From Acidimicrobiales bacterium (GTDB lineage: Bacteria > Actinomycetota > Acidimicrobiia > Acidimicrobiales > Ilumatobacteraceae), in assembly GCA_043756365.1 (NCBI GenBank), contig JAYURF010000495.1, forward strand, positions 4,445 through 68,444: a DNA stretch of 64,000 nt. The letters run 5' to 3'. Below the pieces are notes generated by a model. It saw only the letters and a program-made list of their open reading frames with translations. It did not search any database and had not been told where the DNA came from. Below are positions 8,652-17,169 of the stretch, piece after piece. Each line of letters starts with the position of its first letter. Position 1 is the stretch's first letter. Made by a program: the position numbers and the translations under genes.

Positions 8652-9713
8652 CCCTCTATAACCGCCTTCACCTGGGACTCTACTTGATGCGCGAAGGCCA
8701 CGCCGTTGGCCCGTGAGCGACGGCGATTGACCGCCAATTGCTGCGCTGATTGGGAAGGGTGTGGGAAAGCTCCGTCGTCCTGCGTCGCCGGTGGGTTCGT
8801 GAAGATTGGCGTTATACAGTGGCCATAACCGTGATGGCGAGGGAGTAGTCAACGGCACCTGCGCGCGGACGTCCAATTCTGCGGTGACGGCGGCAGCGCC
8901 CGTTCGGGTAACTCGGAGCTGAACGTGGCCGAACGGCGCTGCCGAGAAGCCTCGGTGGCGATGCGCGTGCGCACGTGCGGATGGCATGGCCTTTCACGCA
9001 GATCCGCGAACTGCCTCACCCGCTTCGTCGGTGGATCGAGGCTTAAGCTAAGAGCGACCGGACTGGACATCGACTTGTGTCGAGTTCGAGCCAGCACTTC
9101 GCTGTTGGACGTCGCCGAGGTCGAGCTCGAACGCTCCGGGTCCTCGGGTCGACGTTGTCTCCGCGGGGCTGCTCGATCGTGACGATGATATTCGGCGTCC
9201 GCTGTGCGCGTGTCACTCCGTCTGGACGACCAGCGTCTCGAGGACATTCGCGCGGGGGCTCGCTGAGATCGCGTCATCGTCGGAGGTGGTCGGAGTTCGA
9301 TCGGGACATCGTTCTCCGGCGTGGATTGAGCGATGCCCCGAGATCCTCGGCGAGGCCGCGAAGGCGTTGTCGCCCGGGATGCGCGAGGCATTCATGACGC
9401 TCGCCGGCAGGCTGCGGCACGGCGAAACCAGTGACCAGCGCCGCGAAAGCGGGGCGTCGGTGGAAGACGGCAAGATGGACGATGTTGTTGCGCTCGTGGG
9501 AAAAGGCGGCTTGACGTGAGCATTGCGAAAGGAGACAGCAAACCACCTTCTTCCCCTATGATGTCACGCGTGAGTGACGCCGCTCCGACGTTCAAACGGC
9601 CGATCGCCATGAACGCGCTCCGCCCCAGTCCAACATTGGCGATGACAGCGTGCCCAACGACGACGAGAGCACCCGAGCCTTGCGGGCGTCGCCTGGGCTG
9701 GTAGCGCGCGGGC

Positions 9714-10115
9714 GTGACCGGACACAGTCGCGCCGTCGCCGCCGGGCGGCAACGCAATGAGAACGAGCGCCGGGTGACCGACGCTCGGGCCGTCTACGCG
9801 CAGCTGTGGGAGGCATGGCTCGACGGCGACCTGGCCGCCGTAGAGCGCTTGTGCGACGGCGCCTGGACGCCTCCCGCTGCGGGCCTGGCAGAGGCGTTCG
9901 GATCAGCGTTCGAAGTCCGCTCGGTGCTGAGCGAGATACGAAGTAGAAGCGCCACAGAGGCGCTCGGGCTCGTGCGCGCCTCCGTGACGTCGAGAGCGAC
10001 CGGCGAAGAGATCGAGATCAACTTCGCGGAGGTGGTACGTACGCGGGACAGGCGGATCGTCGAAGTCCAGCCGGTGTTCCTCGGCACGGACGCCTTGGGA
10101 GAATCGCTGTTCTAG
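9714..10115 (+). CDS. Hypothetical small protein, possibly NTF2/SnoaL-like
   Basis: ARAVYAQLWEAWLDGDLAAVERLCD... followed by beta-rich RATGEEIEINFAEVVRTRDRRIVEVQPVF. Start uncertain. No strong motif. Confidence 0.3.
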   Translation: MTGHSRAVAAGRQRNENERRVTDARAVYAQLWEAWLDGDLAAVERLCDGAWTPPAAGLAEAFGSAFEVRSVLSEIRSRSATEALGLVRASVTSRATGEEIEINFAEVVRTRDRRIVEVQPVFLGTDALGESLF

Positions 10116-10296
10116 GATCGGGGTGTCACCGAGGGCTGCCCCCTTGCTGTCGCAGTCGCGCTGATAGCCGGCGCGGGAGGCTCCGCCTCCCGACTCGCTG
10201 TCGCCACCTCTCTCATCACCACCAGCACGCGACGAATCATCGGAAGTCGAGCGTCGCCGAGCACGTGCCAGCGTCCCCGGCACGGCGGCCTTGCGT

Positions 10297-11442
10297 TCAG
10301 CGGACCAGGCGGTAGAAGTTCCGGACTTCGTCGACGAACTGTTCGGGCTGTTCGAAGGCTCCGAAGTGTCCGCCTCGGGCGACTTCGGTCCACGAGCGGA
10401 TGTCGAGGTACTCACGCTCCACCCATCGGCGCGACAACCGGGTGATGTCGGCCGGGTGGACCGACATCCCCATCGGCACCTCGACACGATCCATCGACTT
10501 CTCGACCGCCCCGCGGAAGCCCTCCCAGTACAGGCGGCCGGCCGACGCTCCTGCGCCTGGGAGCCAGTACATCATCACGTTGTCGAGGAGTTGGTCACGC
10601 GTGAAGATCTCGGCGATGTCCCCGTTGTGGTCCGTCCACGCCCAGAACTTCTCGATGAGCCACGCGGCCTGCATCGCCGGCGAGTCGACGAGGCCGTAGC
10701 CGAGCGTCTGTGGACGCGACGACTGCTGAATCGCGTACCCCGATTCCCAGTTCTGGTAGAACTGCACGCGTTCGAGGGCCTTCCTCTCCGCATCCGTCTC
10801 TGCGAGATCGTCGGGCGCGGGGAAGTGGGTCGGAGAGCTGAGGTGCAGCCCGATCACCCGCTCGGTGTGACGCATCGCGAGGTCCGTCGACACGAGCGCG
10901 CCCCAGTCACCACCCTCTGCTCCGAAGCGGTCGTACCCGAGCCGAGTCATGATGGTGGCCCAGGCGTCGGCGGTCCGCTCGGGGCCCCATCCCCTCTCTG
11001 CGGGCTTGTCACTGAAGCCATACCCCGGCAGCGAGGGACACACCACGTGGAACGCGTCGGATGCCTGGCCGCCGTGGCGCACCGGGTCGCTCAACGGACC
11101 GAGCACCTCGAGGAACTCGACGAGGCTTCCCGGCCACCCATGGGTCATCACCAGCGGCATCGCGTCCGGCTCGGGCGACCTGGCGTGGATCACGTGGAAG
11201 CCGAGCCCGTCGACGACGGTCCACACTTGGGGGAAGGCGTTGAACTGCGCCTCGGCCCGGCGCCAGTCGTACTCGTTGGCCCAGTACTCGCAGATCTCCT
11301 GCGTGTAGGCGAGCGGGATCCCCTGCGACCAGTCGTCGGCGTTCTCGCGCTCCGGCCAACGGGTGCGCTGCAGGCGGCTGCGGAGGTCGGCGAGCTGGTC
11401 GTCGCTGACGGCAATCTGGTACGGCGTCACCGCGTCGGTCAT
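10297..11442 (-). CDS. Epoxide hydrolase (N-terminal EHN domain + alpha/beta-hydrolase fold)
   Basis: 381 aa; YQIAVSDDQLADLRSRLQRTRWPE, HVIHARSPEPDAMPLVMTHGWPGS (HGWP oxyanion motif), GGDWG nucleophile elbow, C-terminal GGHFGAFEQPE. Confidence 0.85.
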   Translation of the reverse strand: MTDAVTPYQIAVSDDQLADLRSRLQRTRWPERENADDWSQGIPLAYTQEICEYWANEYDWRRAEAQFNAFPQVWTVVDGLGFHVIHARSPEPDAMPLVMTHGWPGSLVEFLEVLGPLSDPVRHGGQASDAFHVVCPSLPGYGFSDKPAERGWGPERTADAWATIMTRLGYDRFGAEGGDWGALVSTDLAMRHTERVIGLHLSSPTHFPAPDDLAETDAERKALERVQFYQNWESGYAIQQSSRPQTLGYGLVDSPAMQAAWLIEKFWAWTDHNGDIAEIFTRDQLLDNVMMYWLPGAGASAGRLYWEGFRGAVEKSMDRVEVPMGMSVHPADITRLSRRWVEREYLDIRSWTEVARGGHFGAFEQPEQFVDEVRNFYRLVR

Positions 11443-11650
11443 GATGGCAATCTCCTTCGGTGAAATTGGGCTGCGGGTTCGGACTGCTGGTTGTCTCCCG
11501 CTGGCGCAGTCGTTCCCGCGACGAATTTCCCGTTGGTCCGACCCGCATGCACCGTACTCGCGCTGAAGTCAGGCGGCAAGGCTGGAGTTTGCCGGGTTGT
11601 TCCTCGCGCTCCTCCGGACAATCGGTGGGGGTCGAACCGCTCTATGATGC

Positions 11651-12721
11651 GTGCCGCAGAGAGCTCGAGATCGGAGACAGGGTGTGACTGACGAATCGGA
11701 CGGGGTGCGGTTGGGGCCGAGGCGATATGGCGCTGAGCTCGTCGAGTTCTCGAGCGAGGTCGCGTTTCGGCCGGGTCGGGAGGCGCAACTCGACGACTCC
11801 GACTTGCGCATCATCGACACGCTCGTCCGCGAAGGCCGGACGAACGCCCGGTCGATGGTCGGTGTCGCGGGTCTGACCGAGGAGACCGTGGCGACTCGCA
11901 TCCGCAGTCTCATCGACCGACACATCATCGGGATCACCGCGATCTTCGACTGGCACGCGGCCGGCTACCACTGGGAGGTCTGGCTGGCAGTCGAGTGCGA
12001 GGCAGGCCCGATAATGCCGGTCGTGAACGCGCTCGCGGAGCTCGATGAGGTCGTGTCGATCTACACGGTGTTCGGACCGGTCGACCTCGTCGTCCAGGTG
12101 CTCTGCACCGACCGAGATTCATTACTCGGGTTCCTGTCGGGGACGCTGACGCAGGTCGAAGGGATCCGCAGCGCGGACGTCATGCTGTCACTCGACACGG
12201 TCAAGTACTTCCACCAGTTCGCATGGGTTCCTCTCGAACCGCAGCCGCTGAAGTTCCCGAACCCGGTCGTCGACCTGAGCGCGCTCGACCTCTCGATCAT
12301 CGAGGCGGTGGTGCGCAATGGTCGGACGTCCAATCGCGAGATCGGGCGTGAGCTCGGGATCGCCGACGGGACGGTGCGCGCTCGTCTCCGTCGCCTCGAG
12401 GATGCGGGTCTGTTGCGGATCTGCGCACGGGTCCATCCGGCGCGAAGTGGGATGATCCACGCGAGGGCTTTCGTCGGCATCGCGGTCCAGGGCGCCGACA
12501 CCGCCGAGGTCGCCACGGAGCTCGCCAAGATCGCGGAGATCGTCACGATCTCGATCACCGCCGGGCGATTCGAGCTGTTCTGCTACGTGCTCGCGAGGAG
12601 CCGCACCAGGCTGATCGAGATCGTCGCGGAACAGATCAGGCCGTTGAAGGGTGTTCGCTCGTCGGAGACCTGGGAGGTCATCGACGCCGGCAAGCACGTG
12701 AGCCACTGGGCCCGGTGGTAG
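11651..12721 (+). CDS. Tandem (duplicated) Lrp/AsnC-family transcriptional regulator
   Basis: Two complete HTH+RAM modules in one ORF: LDDSDLRIIDTLVREGRTNARSMVGVAGLTEETVATRIRSL... and LSALDLSIIEAVVRNGRTSNREIGRELGIADGTVRARLRRLEDAG... Start uncertain (GTG 11651 or 11684). Confidence 0.75.
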   Translation: MPQRARDRRQGVTDESDGVRLGPRRYGAELVEFSSEVAFRPGREAQLDDSDLRIIDTLVREGRTNARSMVGVAGLTEETVATRIRSLIDRHIIGITAIFDWHAAGYHWEVWLAVECEAGPIMPVVNALAELDEVVSIYTVFGPVDLVVQVLCTDRDSLLGFLSGTLTQVEGIRSADVMLSLDTVKYFHQFAWVPLEPQPLKFPNPVVDLSALDLSIIEAVVRNGRTSNREIGRELGIADGTVRARLRRLEDAGLLRICARVHPARSGMIHARAFVGIAVQGADTAEVATELAKIAEIVTISITAGRFELFCYVLARSRTRLIEIVAEQIRPLKGVRSSETWEVIDAGKHVSHWARW

Positions 12722-12843
12722 CCGGCCCCTTCGACCAGTGAACTCGGCTTTGCGTGTCAGACCGCGCCGATTGCATTGACGTTGTCGGATGATGGGCATA
12801 GCCTCCCGTTAATTGCGTGTTCGACGACAGAGGGGAGCGGAGC

Positions 12844-13602
12844 ATGGGATTCGAGCTCGAGGGACGGTCTGCGTTCGTCACGGGTGGTTCGACTGGGATC
12901 GGGCGCGCCACTGCGCTCGCCCTCGCGAAGCAAGGCGCTCGGGTCGTCGTTGCTGATGTGAACGAAGCTGATGCGACAACCGTCGTCGAGGAGATCCGCG
13001 CTCGCGGCGGCGAGGCAGTGTTCGTCCGCACGGACGTGAGTGTCCCCGAGCAGGTCGAGGCGGCGGTCGCCGCTGCCGTCGACGCGTTCGGAGGCGTCGA
13101 CTGCGCAGTGAACTGCGCGGCCGTGACCCTGAAGAGCGTGCGTGTACCGACGGCCGAGGTCGACATCGACATCTTCGATCGGATCATCGCGGTCGACCTC
13201 AGGGGCACGTTCCTCTCGATGAAGTACGAGCTGCGTCAGATGGCCCTCCAGGGGCAGGGATCGGTGGTGAACATCTCGTCCGGCTCGGGGCTGGTCGCGC
13301 AGAAGTTTAACCCGTCCTACATCGCGGCCAAGCACGGCGTCATCGGACTCGCGAAAGCGGCGGCGATGGACTACGCGGACACCGGAATCCGCGTCAACGT
13401 CGTCGTCCCCGGCGTCACGAGGACGCCGATGATCGCGGACATCCCGCCGGAGTACATGAAGAACGTCGAGGCGGGAATCCCCCTGCAGCGTGTGGCGGAG
13501 CCGGACGAGATCGCCCAAGGCATCCTGTGGCTCTGCTCACCTCTGTCCTCGTACGCGACAGGTTCCACTTTGGTGGTGGACGGCGGCTACACGGCGCAAT
13601 AG
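12844..13602 (+). CDS. Short-chain dehydrogenase/reductase (FabG-like)
   Basis: AFVTGGSTGIGRA Rossmann motif, NISSGSG, YIAAKHG (YxxxK). ATG 12844 has a GGGGAG-type SD; ORF-track start 12817 is a less likely GTG. Confidence 0.85.
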   Translation: MGFELEGRSAFVTGGSTGIGRATALALAKQGARVVVADVNEADATTVVEEIRARGGEAVFVRTDVSVPEQVEAAVAAAVDAFGGVDCAVNCAAVTLKSVRVPTAEVDIDIFDRIIAVDLRGTFLSMKYELRQMALQGQGSVVNISSGSGLVAQKFNPSYIAAKHGVIGLAKAAAMDYADTGIRVNVVVPGVTRTPMIADIPPEYMKNVEAGIPLQRVAEPDEIAQGILWLCSPLSSYATGSTLVVDGGYTAQ

Positions 13603-13679
13603 CTCTGCCGCCCACGCTGACTCGGCCGCCGAGGGGCGATGTCACCACGGATTCGCTTACCTTCGACGGAGTTTGGGAC

Positions 13680-13720
13680 TTGCAAGTATCGAATCCTTGC
13701 GGTAAGATCCCGATACTTGC
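13680..13720 (+). promoter_or_regulatory. Candidate sigma-70-like promoter (TTGCAA-N17-TAAGAT) overlapped by a 10-bp inverted repeat
   Basis: ttgcaa 13680-13685 and taagat 13703-13708. IR arms gcaagtatcg (13682-13691) and cgatacttgc (13711-13720). A local AT-rich patch 20-60 nt upstream of the amidohydrolase ATG. Confidence 0.35.
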
Positions 13721-13739
13721 GTAGAGATGGAGTGAGCAC

Positions 13740-14966
13740 ATGATCGTGGATCGAATTCCGGTGGTCGATGCGGACAGTCACCTGACGGAGACGGCGGGGG
13801 TGTGGGTCGACCGGATGCCCGCGAAGTACCTGGACATCGCACCTCGGATCGAGAAGTCGCCGAGCGGCCGCGAGGTCTGGCTGATCGGCGACAAGATGGT
13901 GCAGGGCGCGGCGGCGACGTCGGCCGCCGGCGGCGCCGAGTACTGGCCGGACTACCCGATGACGTTGGCGGAGGTCGATCCTGCCGCGTACGACGCGACG
14001 GCGCGGGCGGCGCGACTGGACGAGTACGGAATCCGAGCACAGGTGCTGTACCCGAACCTGATGGCCTTCAACTTGTTCGAGCTCTTCCAGGTCGGCGACG
14101 AGCAGTTCCGGCTCGCATGCATGCAGGCGTACAACGACTACCTGACGGAGTTCGCGGCGCAGGCGCCCGGGCGGTTCGTGCCGATCGCCGTGTTGCCCTT
14201 CTGGGATGTCGACGCGACGGTGCGTGAGATCGAGCGGGTGCACGACGCAGGGCATGGTGGGCTGCTGTTCGCGAACGCGCCCGAGATGATCGGTCTTCCG
14301 CCGCTGCGGGACCGACACTGGGACCCGGTGTATGCGACGGCCGAGGAGCGGCATCTGTCGTTGAACTTCCACATCGGCTTCGGTGGGTTCGATTCGACGC
14401 TCGGTGTGTCGGCGTTCCCGTCCCGGACTCGGCGCAAGTCGGCGGAGGGAATGGAGGAGCTGGCGCAGTTCCGTGCCGACCTGGCCAAGGTCAGCACCCT
14501 CGGCCTGATCAGCAACTCGCGAGCAATCGTCGAAGTGCTCGTCTCCGGCATCTGCGACCGGTTCCCAGCGCTCAACTTCGTCTCCGTGGAGAGCGGGTTC
14601 GGGTACGTGCCGTACCTGCTCCAAGCGCTCGACTGGCAGTGGCTGAACAACGGCGCCCAAGTGGCGTTCCCTGACCGGATGATGCCGAGCGAGTACTTCA
14701 AGCGCCAGGTCTACGCGACGTTCTGGTTCGAAGGACCGACGGTGACGCGGTTCGTCGACGACTACGCCGACAACGTGATGTTCGAGAGCGACTTCCCGCA
14801 CCCGACCTCGTTGTCGCCCGGGCCGGTGTCGCACACCGACTCGCCCGACAAGGTCATCGAGGCGAATCTGTCGGAACTGAGCGACGAGGTGCTCACGAAG
14901 ATCCTGCACGCCAACGCAGAGCGCGTGTACAACCTCGAACCAGCCGTCGCCGCCCCACGGTCATGA
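13740..14966 (+). CDS. Amidohydrolase_2-family metal-dependent hydrolase/decarboxylase (ACMSD-like TIM barrel)
   Basis: 408 aa; VVDADSHL metal-binding start, FESDFPHP near the C-terminus. Paralogous to 52633-53856. Confidence 0.75.
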   Translation: MIVDRIPVVDADSHLTETAGVWVDRMPAKYLDIAPRIEKSPSGREVWLIGDKMVQGAAATSAAGGAEYWPDYPMTLAEVDPAAYDATARAARLDEYGIRAQVLYPNLMAFNLFELFQVGDEQFRLACMQAYNDYLTEFAAQAPGRFVPIAVLPFWDVDATVREIERVHDAGHGGLLFANAPEMIGLPPLRDRHWDPVYATAEERHLSLNFHIGFGGFDSTLGVSAFPSRTRRKSAEGMEELAQFRADLAKVSTLGLISNSRAIVEVLVSGICDRFPALNFVSVESGFGYVPYLLQALDWQWLNNGAQVAFPDRMMPSEYFKRQVYATFWFEGPTVTRFVDDYADNVMFESDFPHPTSLSPGPVSHTDSPDKVIEANLSELSDEVLTKILHANAERVYNLEPAVAAPRS

Positions 14967-15826
14967 CCGCGTCCGCCACCACCGTCATCGGTGAGTTCGA
15001 CTCGTTCCATGTCGGTCACCGCGAGTTGGTGTCCGCGGCGCGGCGCGTCGCCCGGCGTCACCGCACGCCGCTGGGCGCGCTCGTGCTCCACGACGAACAG
15101 GTGGCCAGCCCGGTGAGCACGCTCGAGCAGCGAGTGGAGCATCTCCTCGAAGCGGGCGTGGACGCCATCACCGTCATCGAGGCGACGCGCCACGACGCGG
15201 AGGCGGCAGCAATGAGGGCGATCGACGACACGGGGACGCGAGTGGCGGTGATGGCGTGTGCGCCGTCTCGATCTGCCGACCTCAAGTGGCCGAACCTGCG
15301 GACGGTCCTGCGACGGCGGTCGGTCGAGATCGTCGAGGTCGACCGGCCGACCGACGACCAGGGCCAGCCGATCACGAGTGAACTCGTCCGACGCCACCTG
15401 TCGGCCGGCGAGGTGTCGAAGGTCGCGTCATTGCTCGGAGACGAGTTCGTGGTATCCGGTGTCGTGCGTCATGGAGATGCGCGCGGCCGGACGATCGGCT
15501 TCCCGACCGCGAACCTCCCGCAGGACGAGCGAATCCTGTGGCCGGCGTTCGGCGTCTACGCAGCGTGGGTCGGTGTCGGCGATGAGCGGCATCGAGCGGC
15601 TGTCAACATCGGGATCCGCCCGACGGTGTACGGAGCGTCAGGTGTCCCCCTGCTGGAGGCACACCTCCTCGACTTCGAAGGCGACCTCTACGACCGTCGC
15701 ATCGACGTGCACTTCGTCGACCGCATCCGCGGCGAGCAGCGATTCGAATCGCTCGACGCACTCACGACGCGCCTCGCGACTGACGTCGACCTGACGCGGC
15801 AGCTGGTCGTCGTTCCGACCGACTGA
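14963..15826 (+). CDS. ribF: Bifunctional riboflavin kinase / FMN adenylyltransferase-like protein
   Basis: IGEFDSFHVGHRELV (GxFDxxHxGH), then GRTIGFPTANL, GVYAAWV, NIGIRPT, LEAHLLDFEGDLYD kinase motifs. ATGA overlap with the upstream gene. Confidence 0.75.
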   Translation: MTASATTVIGEFDSFHVGHRELVSAARRVARRHRTPLGALVLHDEQVASPVSTLEQRVEHLLEAGVDAITVIEATRHDAEAAAMRAIDDTGTRVAVMACAPSRSADLKWPNLRTVLRRRSVEIVEVDRPTDDQGQPITSELVRRHLSAGEVSKVASLLGDEFVVSGVVRHGDARGRTIGFPTANLPQDERILWPAFGVYAAWVGVGDERHRAAVNIGIRPTVYGASGVPLLEAHLLDFEGDLYDRRIDVHFVDRIRGEQRFESLDALTTRLATDVDLTRQLVVVPTD

Positions 15827-15829
15827 AGG

Positions 15830-16885
15830 TCACACCTCCGGCCAGGCCGTGGCGCTGGAGGTGGGGGCGAGCGAGAGCAGAGTCGGGAGCACCGAGTCCG
15901 GTGGCACGCCGAGGACGGAGAGACTCACGGCGGTCAGCCCGTTGCTGAAGTACTCACCGATCCGGTCGCGGCACGCTCCCGGCGAGCCGGAGACGAACAT
16001 GGCGTCGATGACCGAGTCCGGCACGAGCTCCAGCGCACCGCGACGGTCGCCCGCGGACCACGCCTCCCACATCGGTGTCAGCAGGTCGGCGCGGCCGTGC
16101 CACCGCTGGGCTTCTGCGTAGGCGGGGACGTTCAGGTACGTGGTCACCAGGCGCCGTGCAGTGGAGCGGAGCACCTCGCGATCCGTCGTCGGGCACACGA
16201 ACACCCGGGCGACGACCTCCTTTCGCTCCGAGCTGCGCGAGGCCACGATCTCGCGCACCCGTGCGACGTCGTCGGGCGAGACCCAGTTGAGGATCACGCC
16301 GTCACCTTCGTCGACGCCGAGACGAACCATCTTCGGTCGCAGCGCGGCGATCAGGATCGGCGGCGGGACCTCCGGGAGGCGGGAGAGTCGGAAGCCGTCG
16401 ACGCTGAACGAGTCGTAGGACTGCGCGATCCGAACTCCCGCGAGTGCGTCGCGCACGAAGCGCAGCACGTCCCGCGTCCGTTCGTAGGGCGCCGTGTACG
16501 GGATCCCGCTCCACGCTTCGACGACCACGCGGCTGGACGCGCCGATGCCGAGGAGGAACCTGCCCGGGGCAGCGTCCGCAAGGGCGGCCGCCGATTGCGC
16601 CGTCAGCGCGGGGGAGCGCGTGAATGCGGGCACGACCGCGGTGCCGAGCCGCAGCCGCGGTTCCCACGCTGCAGCGAGTGCGAGGGGTGTGAAGGCGTCG
16701 GCTCCGTCGACCTCCGCGCTCCATGCGTCGAGGTAGCCAGCGTCGGCGAGGGCGAGGAGCTGATCGCGGTGGCCGTGAAGACGGCCGGGCAGCGGCGCGG
16801 TGAACCCGTAGTGGCCGCCGTCGGCGGTCAGTTTCGCATCTTCGGTAGATCCAGTCGCAATACTAGGAAGTATCGCACAAAGCAA
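15830..16885 (-). CDS. Luciferase-like monooxygenase (LLM) family flavin/F420-dependent oxidoreductase
   Basis: LRLGTAVVPAFTRSPALTAQSAAALADAAPGRFLLGIGAS and ...ILIAALRPKMVRLG are typical LLM blocks. Only a TTG start at 16885, and the inverted repeat at 16857-16876 suggests the true start is further in. Confidence 0.75.
   Translation of the reverse strand: MLCAILPSIATGSTEDAKLTADGGHYGFTAPLPGRLHGHRDQLLALADAGYLDAWSAEVDGADAFTPLALAAAWEPRLRLGTAVVPAFTRSPALTAQSAAALADAAPGRFLLGIGASSRVVVEAWSGIPYTAPYERTRDVLRFVRDALAGVRIAQSYDSFSVDGFRLSRLPEVPPPILIAALRPKMVRLGVDEGDGVILNWVSPDDVARVREIVASRSSERKEVVARVFVCPTTDREVLRSTARRLVTTYLNVPAYAEAQRWHGRADLLTPMWEAWSAGDRRGALELVPDSVIDAMFVSGSPGACRDRIGEYFSNGLTAVSLSVLGVPPDSVLPTLLSLAPTSSATAWPEV
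16857..16876. promoter_or_regulatory. Near-palindrome GCAATACT-AGGA-AGTATCGC in the LLM / ABC divergent region
   Basis: 7 of 8 arm positions are complementary. It shares the octamer AAGTATCG with the 13682-13720 inverted repeat and lies in the AT-richest stretch of the divergent intergenic region. Confidence 0.3.
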
Positions 16886-17169
16886 GTGATCAGCACAGCG
16901 GAAAAGTGAAGGGCAAGGATGTTCTGAACGTACTTCGTCCGCTGCGCACGCCGAAACCGGTCGGTGGCGCTCTTCCTCGGCACTCTGCGCAGTGATCCTC
17001 TTGAAATGCGTCGTTTTTCACATCTGCAGGTTTGCTTGTCCGGAATCGTACGTGCTACGCTCCGATCGAAGGCTTCGTCGGGCAGTCGAACTCGCGGCGC
17101 TGCGCAGGCGAACGGGGGACCGCGAATGATGGGTACGGATCGCATCTTCCACGGACGTGACGTGGCGCG

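Noticed and set aside
13587-14909. Long antisense ORFs (for example 13587-14909, 16828-18105, 17583-19145, 3996-5237, 6799-8592, 18940-20052, 52399-53934, 57609-59072)
   Set aside because: They lie opposite genes with clear domain signatures and have Arg/Pro/Gly/His-rich translations typical of non-coding frames in high-GC DNA. No motifs were recognised.
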